Made by a program: the position numbers and the translations under genes. Positions 16,623 through 25,573 of a DNA stretch of 47,024 nucleotides are shown piece by piece. This DNA comes from Oscillospiraceae bacterium (GTDB taxonomy: Bacteria > Bacillota > Clostridia > Oscillospirales > UBA929): contig JAIRTA010000091.1 of assembly GCA_031255175.1 (NCBI GenBank), forward strand, positions 1 to 47,024. Direction: 5' to 3'. The notes beneath the pieces are model-generated. The model did not search any database. It worked only from the letters and a program-made list of their open reading frames with translations, and had not been told where the DNA came from. Positions within the stretch are counted from its first letter, which is position 1; each line of letters starts with the position of its first letter.

Positions 16623-17255
16623 TCAGCAGCAGGAGATCAGGTCCGACCCCATGCACTCGCAGCAGCAGTCGGCGCACAAAAGCGACGTGCAGCAGTCGCA
16701 GGAACTGCAACCGCTCTGCCGCGGGTATCCGCCGTACCTCTGCCGCTCGTAAAAACCGCCGAAATCGGGCCGCCGGTAGGCCGCGCCGCGCATCTGCTCC
16801 TGCGCCTGGCGGTATTCCGGATTTCCGGGGTCTTGGGCGCAGGCGTGCTCCACATGACGCCTGGCCTCGTCAAACCAACCCTTGCGGTGACAGACGCTGC
16901 CCATCAAAAAGTACCATTCCGCGTCGCGCGTGTCCATCTCCTGCAGCGCGCGTTCGGCCTCGGCCACGCGCCCCGCCATGATGTCGCGCCGCACCCGGGC
17001 GTAGACCCCGTGGCCCCCCTGCGTGGGGCCCGCCCAGCCGCCGGCGGACGCGCGCGCGCCGCCGCTCTCCCGCTCGCGCACGATCGTCTCGTAGGCCTCG
17101 TTGATCTCCTTCATTTTCTCCTGCGCCAGATCGGCCAGGTCGTTGCCCACGTAGTTGTCCGGGTGATATTTGCGCGCCAAATCCCGGTAGGCCTTTTTGA
17201 TCTCGCCGTCGGAGGCCGACCGGGCAACGCCGAGTACGCTGTACGGATCTTTCAT
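16623..17255 (-). CDS. J-domain protein with TPR-like middle and C-terminal cysteine string
   Basis: 210 aa, [34 protein letters not shown]... (HPD motif). The last 28 residues, [28 protein letters not shown], contain 11 Cys. The ATG at 17255 overlaps the upstream stop (ATGA). Confidence 0.85.
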   Translation of the reverse strand: MKDPYSVLGVARSASDGEIKKAYRDLARKYHPDNYVGNDLADLAQEKMKEINEAYETIVRERESGGARASAGGWAGPTQGGHGVYARVRRDIMAGRVAEAERALQEMDTRDAEWYFLMGSVCHRKGWFDEARRHVEHACAQDPGNPEYRQAQEQMRGAAYRRPDFGGFYERQRYGGYPRQSGCSSCDCCTSLLCADCCCECMGSDLISCC

Positions 17256-18175
17256 CCTACATTCCCTTCGTCTTCTATGTCTGCCATGCCGGCCGCGTCG
17301 GAACCGAACGGCCGCCTGGCCCGCGGCCGGTGCCCGGAGAGTACCTGCGCCTCCGTATGGGGCAGCCCGCCGAGAATGATGTTGGCCACAACCGGCGTGT
17401 CCGGCGTGTCCGGCAGCAGGGACAGCGCCAGTTCCATCTCCCGCCGGGAACACAGCGCCGTCTCGCCCAGCGAGGCCTTGGCTTCTTCCGTCAACGCGCC
17501 GTCTTCGATCCGGTAACGGGCGGCCACCGGATTGTAACGGCCCTTTGCCGTGTCGGCCGGGAGGTCCTGGCAGGCGTCCATCAGATAGATCCACCGGCCC
17601 AGGTGATACAGCAAGCGCCGCAGCACCCGTCGGCCGCCCTCCTCGGGCGCGAGATCGCCCAGAGAGGCGAGCAGGCGCGCGAACGCGTCGGCGGGCGGGT
17701 CAATGGCCGGGACCCGGACCTCCTCCAGGGCGCGCAAATCCTCCAGGGCGCGCACCACCGCTGCCGCCGTCTCCGGCCGCCGCGCGGCGGCTTTGCGGCA
17801 CGCGCCGCGAAACAGCCGCCCGACCAGCCGCGCGGCCAGCGCCGCCGGGCCGGATTCGTCGCGCACCGTGTCCCGCCATTTGTGATATGTGAGCAGCACC
17901 GTGAGGTCGGCGGCGGCGCGCATGGCCTCGCCGGACGCCAGACAGGGGCGGGGGCGAAACGGATGCGCCGGACAGCGCCGCCGCCCGGACCGCGCGGGCG
18001 TCTCATACAGCGAGAGCGCCAAAGCCAAAAACGTAAAGTCATACCCCAGCAGATAACGCGCCTTCCAGCCGTACTCACGCGCGAGGGTATGGCAGAGCCC
18101 GCAATAGGCCGCCCGGAAGCGTTCCCAGTCGATGACGCGCAACTCACAGCGCAGCGGGCGGACATAGCCAAACAC
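17252..18175 (-). CDS. DUF5685-like protein (family name from memory)
   Basis: 307 aa from the GTG at 18175: [37 protein letters not shown]... The upstream part of the track ORF is Arg/Gly-rich and overlaps the RseC-like gene. The GTG shares one base with that gene's TAG. Confidence 0.65.
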   Translation of the reverse strand: MFGYVRPLRCELRVIDWERFRAAYCGLCHTLAREYGWKARYLLGYDFTFLALALSLYETPARSGRRRCPAHPFRPRPCLASGEAMRAAADLTVLLTYHKWRDTVRDESGPAALAARLVGRLFRGACRKAAARRPETAAAVVRALEDLRALEEVRVPAIDPPADAFARLLASLGDLAPEEGGRRVLRRLLYHLGRWIYLMDACQDLPADTAKGRYNPVAARYRIEDGALTEEAKASLGETALCSRREMELALSLLPDTPDTPVVANIILGGLPHTEAQVLSGHRPRARRPFGSDAAGMADIEDEGNVG

Positions 18176-18588
18176 TACCGCGTGCCCTCCACGGCCACGA
18201 TGCGCGCCGTCACGCCTCCGCGCCGCCCCAACCGCCGGCCGCCCAGCCAGACGCAGACAAGCCCGGCCGCGAAACCGGCCATGCCGGTCAGCGCCGGCGA
18301 AACGCCGGCAAACGCCGCGCCCAGGGCGTACCCGAGGAAGAACAGCCCCACCGGGGCCAGGTAGACCAGCGCGGCCCACTTTAAGATCTGCCTCGTCTCC
18401 GAGCACACCGTCACCACATCGCCCTCGCGCGCGCCCAGCGGATTCGCCGCGTTCACCAGCACCCGCGCGCCGTCCGCGCACAGGCCGCCGCAGGCGGCGC
18501 AGTCATGCCCGCAGGCCGAGAGCCGGCGCACCTCCACCAGAGCCGTGCGCGCGTTCAGCACCCGTTTGATCACCGCTTGCTGCTGCAT
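18175..18588 (-). CDS. RseC/MucC-family (SoxR-reducing-system-like) membrane protein
   Basis: 137 aa, MQQQAVIKRVLNARTALVEVRRLSACGHDCAACGGLC..., followed by two TM segments. The ATG at 18588 follows GTGGGGGCGG. Confidence 0.7.
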   Translation of the reverse strand: MQQQAVIKRVLNARTALVEVRRLSACGHDCAACGGLCADGARVLVNAANPLGAREGDVVTVCSETRQILKWAALVYLAPVGLFFLGYALGAAFAGVSPALTGMAGFAAGLVCVWLGGRRLGRRGGVTARIVAVEGTR

Positions 18589-18601
18589 AACCGCCCCCAC
18601 T

Positions 18602-18636
18602 TTGGTAATTGACAATTGACAATTGTTAATTACTAA
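18602..18636. repeat. Tandem heptamer array (TTGACAA-like, 5 units)
   Basis: TTGGTAA TTGACAA TTGACAA TTGTTAA TTACTAA, ending 14 nt upstream of the RseC-like ATG. Contains the palindrome ACAATTGT (18619-18626). Confidence 0.9.
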
Positions 18637-18655
18637 ACGAACTTTCGTTGTTTTA

Positions 18656-19906
18656 TTATGTTGATTTTATTACGTCGATGACGATTTTGTAGTCCCCCAA
18701 TACGCCTACGTCGGCAACGCCGTCGATGGACACTTGCGCCGCCACGGTCTGTTGGCCGACGATCAGCTCCCAATCCGTCAGGTCGGCCACGACGCGGATG
18801 TTGTGGCCGCTCACCAACTCAACGGACGAGAGCGGGCCGCGCACCATCGCCGGGATGGTCTGCGTGACGATGTTCACCTCGTAGCCGGCGGGGGGACGGT
18901 CGCCCACGGTGGAGATGTTTTCCGTGTCGATCCGCATCACCGTGAGGCCCGTGATGTTCACCGTGACCGTGGCGTCCGTGCTTCCGTCCACCACGGCCGT
19001 CTCGTTCGGCGGCTTGATGGGCATTGTGCTGCGCGTCGTGCCGTTGGGCGTTTTGGAAAGATCGACCGCGCCGAGTGTTATCCGGTTCGTGTTCTCCAAA
19101 ATACCCGGGTCGCCCGTCAGGCGGATCGTCGCCGGGGACACCGTGATCGCGGCATGGCGCCGGAGCGCGCCGCCGCCCTCGATGACATCCACCTCCAGCG
19201 GCACGTCTTTTGTCATCGAGACATCCAAGATCACGGAGATCTCGCGGGTCTCCGTCTCCAGCATATCCGACACGACCGCGTTGCCGTCCAAATCGATCAA
19301 TTCGACCGGCAGCCGCAGCGTCATCGCGCGGTCGATCTCCAGGGCGCTGGACGTCACCCGCGCGCGGGCGACGCCGTTCACCAGTTTGGACGGGCCCGTC
19401 ACCCGGATCTGGGCCGGCTCCGGCTGTATGCGTTCCAGGTTGTAATTGTCCGCGATCGCGTTCTCCCCGTCCATGACCACCTCGATGTCCAACACGCGGG
19501 AGATGATCTTGTCGCTCGTCAGCGTGACGTAAGAGGGCGAGCTCCAATCGGTGGTGGGGCCTGTCACTGTCCCCGGCAGCTGAATGTCGTATTTGAGATT
19601 TTGGACGCCGCTCTCCCAGATGTCCGTGAGATTGACGATCACCTGCACGTTTTGCTCGTTGCATTGCTCGAGGTCGGCGGGCCGCCCGCGCAGGCGCAGC
19701 GACACCGTGGTGTCGAGCCCGCTCATGATCCGCAGGTTGCGGTCGGTCAGAAGCGTCTCCTCCCCCACCGGGGTGATCAATATGTTGTTCAGCGACTTCG
19801 TGGACTCCGGGTCCAAGCTGACTTGGACATACAGCCAGAGAATAACCGACACAAGCAAAGAGAGCACCCAAAACAAAATGTTGTGCTTCTTCAGCCATTT
19901 GATCAT
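18656..19906 (-). CDS. cdaR: YbbR-domain regulator of diadenylate cyclase
   Basis: 416 aa with an N-terminal TM segment (ILFWVLSLLVSVILWLYV), then repeated YbbR-like beta-rich modules. Lies directly downstream of cdaA. Confidence 0.85.
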   Translation of the reverse strand: MIKWLKKHNILFWVLSLLVSVILWLYVQVSLDPESTKSLNNILITPVGEETLLTDRNLRIMSGLDTTVSLRLRGRPADLEQCNEQNVQVIVNLTDIWESGVQNLKYDIQLPGTVTGPTTDWSSPSYVTLTSDKIISRVLDIEVVMDGENAIADNYNLERIQPEPAQIRVTGPSKLVNGVARARVTSSALEIDRAMTLRLPVELIDLDGNAVVSDMLETETREISVILDVSMTKDVPLEVDVIEGGGALRRHAAITVSPATIRLTGDPGILENTNRITLGAVDLSKTPNGTTRSTMPIKPPNETAVVDGSTDATVTVNITGLTVMRIDTENISTVGDRPPAGYEVNIVTQTIPAMVRGPLSSVELVSGHNIRVVADLTDWELIVGQQTVAAQVSIDGVADVGVLGDYKIVIDVIKST

Positions 19907-19940
19907 CCTAACGATCCCTCCCCGCGCCGCATGCGCCGTT

Positions 19941-20798
19941 TCAGCCGTTCTTTCGCGTCAGCCGCCGCCACAGGCCCGACATGCCGCGGGCGGGAATCTC
20001 CTCCCCGCTCGGCATCATCTCCTGCTTCAAAAGAAGCCCCAGCGTTTCCGGGTCGAGATGACGCTTCAGCATACCGCCGTCCGCCACCGAGATAGAGCCG
20101 GACTCCTCCGACACAACCACGACAAGCGCGTCGGAATTTTCACTCATGCCGATGCCGGCGCGGTGCCGCATCCCCAGGTCGCGGCTCAGGTTTTGGTTGC
20201 CCGAGAGCGGCAGCATACACCCCGCGGCGGCCAGCCGGCCCTCGCGGATGATGACGGCCCCGTCGTGCAGCGGCGCTTTGGGAAAGAAGATGTTCTTCAA
20301 AAGCTCGGCGGTCACTTCCGCATTCAGCAGCGTGCCCGTTTTTACCACATCGTCCAAAAGCGTCCTCCGCTCAAAGACAATCAGGGCGCCCTCCCGCCGC
20401 CACGAGAGCGTGCCGCAGGCGCCGACCGTCTGCATGATCACGCTCTCCCAATGGCCCTGGCTCTCCCGGCCGAGCAAGCCCGTCAGCTTGCCGGAACCCA
20501 TCTGCTCCAGCATCCGCCGCAGCTCCGGCTGAAAGACGACGACCAGGGCCAGCAGGCCGAGCTGCATCGTATTGGCCAGCACAAAACTGACCATGTGGAA
20601 CTCCAGGAGCTCCACCACCCAACTGACGGCCAAAAGCACCGCGATGCCCTTGAGGACACGCACGCCGTTGCTCTTGCGCAAAAGCTCGATCAGCTTGTAG
20701 ACGACGACGGTCATGATAAGAATGTCCAGCCCGTCTTTGACCGAGATCAGGGTGACGTAACGGGAAAGATTTTGTATGATCTCTTTGATGATCTCCAT
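19941..20798 (-). CDS. cdaA: Diadenylate cyclase (c-di-AMP synthase)
   Basis: 285 aa with three N-terminal TM segments, then DAC-domain motifs DGAVII, RHRAGIGMSE and VVVVSEESGSISVA. Confidence 0.92.
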   Translation of the reverse strand: MEIIKEIIQNLSRYVTLISVKDGLDILIMTVVVYKLIELLRKSNGVRVLKGIAVLLAVSWVVELLEFHMVSFVLANTMQLGLLALVVVFQPELRRMLEQMGSGKLTGLLGRESQGHWESVIMQTVGACGTLSWRREGALIVFERRTLLDDVVKTGTLLNAEVTAELLKNIFFPKAPLHDGAVIIREGRLAAAGCMLPLSGNQNLSRDLGMRHRAGIGMSENSDALVVVVSEESGSISVADGGMLKRHLDPETLGLLLKQEMMPSGEEIPARGMSGLWRRLTRKNG

Positions 20799-20950
20799 CC
20801 CGGCACATCCTCCTTTGTTCCCTTATCTTCCGACAATCGTTCCGGGCGGCGCGCGACGCGCCTCACATCTCTATCATAACACACCGCGAGGGCCTAGGGA
20901 AAGTGATTTTGTAAACTTTTGGGAGTCATCGGGCAGATTGTCCTTTGCCG

Positions 20951-22549
20951 TCACCGAGGATTTGAGCAAGTTTCATAAAACCGGCGGATACGCGCCTTGT
21001 TTTCGCACACGCGCTCAAAATCCGCGAGATACTCGTAAGGGTACTTGGGGTTGAACACCCGTTCGATGCGGCCGCGCGCGGGGTCCACCAGTTTGGTCAC
21101 ACCGCCGCCGCCCAGGGCGATCACCGTGTGCAGCTCCTCCATCATGCAGATGTTGTAGAGCCCGACGGCGCCCGGCTTCGCCCAGCCCGTATTTTCAAAT
21201 TGGCCGGCCATATATTTTTGCCGGTACAGATAGTAGGCACGATAACCGGCCCCGGCAAGACAATCATACGCCCCCGTCAGCATGGTTTCCACACTGTCTG
21301 AGCCGGAGGGGGAAATTTCAAATCCGGGTGGATTTGAAGATATGGTTTCTACACTATCTGAGCCGGAAGGGGAAATTCTAAACCCGGATGGATTTGAAGA
21401 TATAACTTCTATACCGTCTGATCTGGAGGGCGGGCGGGTGAGGCGGGCTCCGCGTTTGCGGGCCAGTGTGTGGAGGGTGACGTTTTCCGGGTCCATCGCC
21501 AGCACCTCGGCGACCGACGCGGCAAAGCCCGTCGGCGTGTCGCCCGGCAGCCCGGCGATGAGGTCCATGTTGACCACCGGAAACCCGGCGCGGCGGACCA
21601 GCACGTACGCCGCGCGCACATCCGCGGCCGTGTGGGGCCGCCCGACGGCCGCGAGCACATTGTCCCGCATCGACTGCGGGTTGACGCTCACGCGCGTGAC
21701 GCCGCAGCCGCGCAGCACGGCCAGTTTCTCCGCGTCGACGGTGTCCGGCCGTCCGGCCTCCACCGAATACTCCCGCAGGGCCGTCAGGTCGAAGCGCGCG
21801 GCCAGCGCCGCCGTCACCTCGCCGAGCTGCGCGGCGGAGAGCGTGGTCGGCGTCCCGCCGCCGATGTACAGCGCGACGGGGCGCAGTGAGAGGGACCGGC
21901 AGAGCGCGCCCACAACCTCGATCTCCCGGACGAGCGCGCGGACAAACGCCGGCAGCAGCGCACCGGCCTTTTCGACGGAATGGCTGACAAAGGTGCAGTA
22001 GGCGCAACGCGTGGGGCAAAACGGAACGCCGACATAGATCGACACGTCTCGCGGGGCCAAGGTCGCCTCCGCGGCCCGGGCCGCCTCCGCGGCCTCCATA
22101 CACAAAAAACGCTGCCGCGGAAACACCCGGTGGCGGTCCCGCAGCAACCGGTCCGCCTGCGCCCGCGTGCCGCCCGCGCGCAGCACCCGCAACGCGACGC
22201 CGGCCGGCCGGATGCCGGTCAGCGCGCCCCAGGGCGGCCGGCGGCCCGTGGCCCGGCAGGCGGCGCGGTAAAAGGACAGCTTTAACGCGTAACGCCACGC
22301 GCGCGTCCTCTCCGCATCGTCCGCCGCCCCGGCCGGCGCGTACGCCGCCCCGCGCGAGACGCGTCCGCCCAGGCGGATCACGGTGACGGCGGTGACCCGC
22401 GCCGCGCCGCGCAGGAGGCGGGATTCGACCCCATCCGCGTCCGGCGCCGGCGGGCCCGGAGGAAACACGGGGCGCTCATCCGGGAAAAACGCCAGCAGGC
22501 ACTGTTCGACGGCGTAACGTTCCCCGTGGCCGCTGAGATGGAGATTCAC
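20951..22549 (-). CDS. Radical SAM HemN/HemZ-like coproporphyrinogen dehydrogenase family protein
   Basis: CxxxCxxC cluster GVPFCPTRCAYCTF, a long N-terminal extension as in HemZ, and a HemN_C-like end. Start proposed at the GTG at 22549, overlapping the MBL gene's TGA (GTGA). No good RBS, so the start is uncertain. Confidence 0.75.
   Translation of the reverse strand: MNLHLSGHGERYAVEQCLLAFFPDERPVFPPGPPAPDADGVESRLLRGAARVTAVTVIRLGGRVSRGAAYAPAGAADDAERTRAWRYALKLSFYRAACRATGRRPPWGALTGIRPAGVALRVLRAGGTRAQADRLLRDRHRVFPRQRFLCMEAAEAARAAEATLAPRDVSIYVGVPFCPTRCAYCTFVSHSVEKAGALLPAFVRALVREIEVVGALCRSLSLRPVALYIGGGTPTTLSAAQLGEVTAALAARFDLTALREYSVEAGRPDTVDAEKLAVLRGCGVTRVSVNPQSMRDNVLAAVGRPHTAADVRAAYVLVRRAGFPVVNMDLIAGLPGDTPTGFAASVAEVLAMDPENVTLHTLARKRGARLTRPPSRSDGIEVISSNPSGFRISPSGSDSVETISSNPPGFEISPSGSDSVETMLTGAYDCLAGAGYRAYYLYRQKYMAGQFENTGWAKPGAVGLYNICMMEELHTVIALGGGGVTKLVDPARGRIERVFNPKYPYEYLADFERVCENKARIRRFYETCSNPR
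21283..21435. repeat. 60-bp in-frame tandem repeat inside the HemZ-like gene (2.5 copies)
   Basis: Units at 21283-21342 and 21343-21402, with a partial unit at 21403-21435. They encode SDGIEVISSNPSGFRISPSG / SDSVETISSNPPGFEISPSG / SDSVETM. Unit 2 is 26/60 G+C by my count, against clearly GC-richer flanks (flanks not counted). Confidence 0.9.
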
Positions 22550-23172
22550 AGGTTGAAAGGAGGCTGCAAATAGGGGTTCTCCGCCTGCTCGCGGGCGAGC
22601 GTCGTGGCCTCCCCGTGGCCGGGGTAGACGTCGCCGCCGTCCGGCCAGGCGGCGATTTGCGCCAGAGAGCGCCGCATGTCCTCCGCGTCGCCGCCCGGCA
22701 GATCCACCCGGCCCACATCCCCCGCGAAGAGGGTGTCGCCGGAGAAGATCGTGTCCCCGCATACGATCATGCAGGCGCCGCGCGAGTGCCCCGGCGTGTG
22801 GCGGTAAGTAAACGTCATGGTCCCGGTCGTCAGCCGCGTACCGTCCTCCACGGCGCGCACATCCTCGGGCGGCCGGTACGAGAGCGGCAATCCGTAGCGC
22901 CGGCCGGGGGCGACGATGCCGTCTCTGTCCAGCCGGTGTACGTACACGGGCGCGCCGGTGGCCCGCTGCAGGGCGGGCGCGCCCAGGAAATGGTCAAAAT
23001 GTGCGTGCGTGATGAGGATCTGGGCGAGGGTCAGTTCCTCCCGCCGCAACGCCTCCAGGATCCGCTCCGGCTGTCCGCCCGGGTCGATGACCACCGCCGG
23101 GCCGGACGCCTCCTCCCACACAAGGTAACAATTTTCCGAAAAATGGCCGACAACAAGCGTTTCGACCTGCAT
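22546..23172 (-). CDS. MBL-fold metallo-hydrolase
   Basis: 208 aa with the HxHxDH motif ITHAHFDHF and later His/Asp ligands (HTPGHS, SGDTLF). The ATG at 23172 follows AAAGGAGGGG. The track extension upstream translates a 12-mer DNA repeat (KRARKRAR...). Confidence 0.88.
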   Translation of the reverse strand: MQVETLVVGHFSENCYLVWEEASGPAVVIDPGGQPERILEALRREELTLAQILITHAHFDHFLGAPALQRATGAPVYVHRLDRDGIVAPGRRYGLPLSYRPPEDVRAVEDGTRLTTGTMTFTYRHTPGHSRGACMIVCGDTIFSGDTLFAGDVGRVDLPGGDAEDMRRSLAQIAAWPDGGDVYPGHGEATTLAREQAENPYLQPPFNL

Positions 23173-23188
23173 TGAATACCCCTCCTTT

Positions 23189-23236
23189 GCCCGTTTGCGT
23201 GCCCGTTTGCGTGCCCGTTTGCGTGCCCGTTTGCGC
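23189..23236. repeat. 12-bp tandem repeat, 4 copies
   Basis: GCCCGTTTGCGT x3 plus GCCCGTTTGCGC (23189-23236). It abuts the RBS of the MBL gene and lies 30 nt from the rel stop. Confidence 0.95.
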
Positions 23237-23266
23237 CCGCAGCAAGAGGCCGTCATCGGACGGCGG

Positions 23267-25474
23267 TCACTGGATGGCGCTCCGGGCCACTTCGATGACG
23301 CCCTCCACGCGGCCCAGCCGGGTGATGACGTCCAGGAGCTGTTGGTTGTCGCGCACCTCCACCGTGAGGCAGACGGCGGCCTGGTCGTCCCCCTGGCTGC
23401 GGCCGCTGATCTGGCGCGCCGACACTTTGAGATTGCTGAGCGCCGTGGCAATGTCGAGGAAAAGGCCGTCTCTGTCCCGCGCGGTGACGTGCAGGCCGGC
23501 CTGGTACAGGTCTTTGATCTCCTCCGACCACGTGACGCGCACCCAGCGGCCCGAGGCGTCCGAGGCGGTCTGGCCCTTGACGGCGTTTTCACAGGACGCC
23601 TTGTGCACCGACACGCCGTAACCGCGCGTGATAAAGCCCACGATGTCGTCGCCGGGCACCGGCGCGCAGCAGCGGGCGAATTTGATGAGGCAGTTGTCTA
23701 TCCCCTCGACGATCACGCCGGAGATGGCCTTGCGGGCCTTTTTCACGTCCCGCACAAAGCGCTCCACCGTCTCCTTGTCGGTCTGCATTTGCAGGCGGTT
23801 GATGCGCACCAGCTCATCCCGGATCCGGTTCACCGCCCGGATGGCCGTGATGCCGCCGTACCCGACGGCGGCGTAAAGCTCCTCCATCGAACCGAAGGAG
23901 AGCCGTTTTAAGACGGCGGCCTGGGTGTCCTCCGCCGCCAGCGTGGTCATCGGGATGCCCGCGCGCTTGAGCTCCCGGTCAAATTCCTCGCGGCCCTGCG
24001 CGATGTTTTCTTCCCGGCGCTCTTTTTTGAACCACTGGCGGATCTTGTTGCGCGCCTCGTTGGTCTTGGCCAGCTTGAGCCAGTCACGCGAGGGGCCGTG
24101 CGTGTTGCCGGTCAGGATCTCGATGATGTCGCCGTTTTGCAGGTTGTAGTCTATGCTGACAATCCGCCCGTTCACCTTCGCGCCCATCATCCGGTTGCCC
24201 ACCGCGGAGTGGATGGCGTAGGCGAAATCGACCGGCGTCGCCTTGGCGGGCAGGTTGATGACGTCACCGCGCGGCGTGAAGACAAAGACCTCGTCGGCAA
24301 ACATGTCGATCTTCAAGCTGCGGATGAAGTCCTCGGCGTCGGTGTCCTGCTGTGCCTCCAGCAGGCGGCGCACCCACTCGAGCTTCTGCTCCATCCCGAG
24401 CTGGCCTTCGACACCCTGCTTGTACTTCCAGTGCGCGGCGATGCCGTATTCCGCCGTGTGGTGCATCTCCCACGTGCGGATCTGCACCTCAAAGGGCAGC
24501 CCCTCGCGGCCGATGACCGTCGTGTGCAGGGACTGATACATGTTCGGTTTCGGCGTGGAGATATAATCTTTGAACCGCCCGGGCATGGGCTTGTAGAGGT
24601 CGTGGACAAAGCCCAGCACATTGTAGCAGTCCGCCAGCTCGTCAACGATCACCCGCACGGCGTAGAGGTCGTAGATCTCAAACAGAGACTTATGCATGTT
24701 GTACATCTTGCGGTAGATGCTGTAGATGTGCTTGATGCGCCCCTCGATGTGGGCCTTGATGCCGCTCTCCACCAGCCGGTCGGCCAGCCGCTCCTGCACA
24801 TGGGCCAGAAAAGACTCGTGGACCGCGCTGCGCGTCGCGAGTTCGCTCATGATCTCTTTGTAGCCGACGGGGTCGAGATTGAAGAGCGCCAGGTCTTCGA
24901 GCTCCCACTTCATCTTTTGCATCCCGAGGCGGTGCGCCAGCGGCGCGTAGATCTCCATCGTCTCGAGCGACTTTTCGCGGCGTTTTTGCGCGTTGTGGTA
25001 CTCCAGCGTGCGCATGTTGTGCAGGCGGTCGCAGATCTTGATGAGGATGACCCGGATGTCGCGCGCCATAGCGAGGAACATCTTGCGCAGATTCTCCATC
25101 TGCTGGTCTTCCTTCGACGTGTAGGGCACACGGGTCAGCTTTGTGACGCCGTCCACAAGGTTGGCCACCGTCGCGCCGAAATTCGACTTGATGTCGGCGT
25201 ACTCAAAGCCGGTGTCCTCAATGGTGTCGTGGAGCAGCGCCGCGATCACGGAATCGAGGTCGAGCGCCAGATCGACCACGATGTGGGCGACCTCGACCGG
25301 GTGGGTCACATACGGGCTGCCGTCTTTGCGAAGCTGCCCCTCGTGAGCGCGGGCGGCAAACTCATAGGCCGCGCGCAGGCGCGCCGCGTCGACGGCGGGC
25401 ATGTTGGCCTGCAGCCGCGTGAGCAATTCCTCGTAGCGCTGTTCGCACAGCGCGGCGGCTTTGTTCTTCTCCAT
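23267..25474 (-). CDS. relA: Bifunctional (p)ppGpp synthetase/hydrolase (long RSH)
   Basis: 735 aa with the HD hydrolase motif HDTIEDT, the synthetase region (YQSLHTTV), and TGS and C-terminal ACT-like domains. Confidence 0.93.
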   Translation of the reverse strand: MEKNKAAALCEQRYEELLTRLQANMPAVDAARLRAAYEFAARAHEGQLRKDGSPYVTHPVEVAHIVVDLALDLDSVIAALLHDTIEDTGFEYADIKSNFGATVANLVDGVTKLTRVPYTSKEDQQMENLRKMFLAMARDIRVILIKICDRLHNMRTLEYHNAQKRREKSLETMEIYAPLAHRLGMQKMKWELEDLALFNLDPVGYKEIMSELATRSAVHESFLAHVQERLADRLVESGIKAHIEGRIKHIYSIYRKMYNMHKSLFEIYDLYAVRVIVDELADCYNVLGFVHDLYKPMPGRFKDYISTPKPNMYQSLHTTVIGREGLPFEVQIRTWEMHHTAEYGIAAHWKYKQGVEGQLGMEQKLEWVRRLLEAQQDTDAEDFIRSLKIDMFADEVFVFTPRGDVINLPAKATPVDFAYAIHSAVGNRMMGAKVNGRIVSIDYNLQNGDIIEILTGNTHGPSRDWLKLAKTNEARNKIRQWFKKERREENIAQGREEFDRELKRAGIPMTTLAAEDTQAAVLKRLSFGSMEELYAAVGYGGITAIRAVNRIRDELVRINRLQMQTDKETVERFVRDVKKARKAISGVIVEGIDNCLIKFARCCAPVPGDDIVGFITRGYGVSVHKASCENAVKGQTASDASGRWVRVTWSEEIKDLYQAGLHVTARDRDGLFLDIATALSNLKVSARQISGRSQGDDQAAVCLTVEVRDNQQLLDVITRLGRVEGVIEVARSAIQ

Positions 25475-25573
25475 CCGGCTCCCCCCCTTTCAGGCCGTAT
25501 GAAAATACAATTTTTCCCATTTCTGGGCACTCCATAGTCTTTGCCGTGACGCCGCTTTGATGCGGGGCCGCCG

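Noticed and set aside
22546-23592. N-terminal extension of the MBL ORF (KRARKRARKRARKRAKEG...) and the 83-aa ORF 22994..23245 (TGTQTGTQTGTQTGK).
   Set aside because: Both repeat peptides are just translations of the 12-bp DNA tandem repeat at 23189-23236. The MBL gene has a strong RBS and ATG at 23172.
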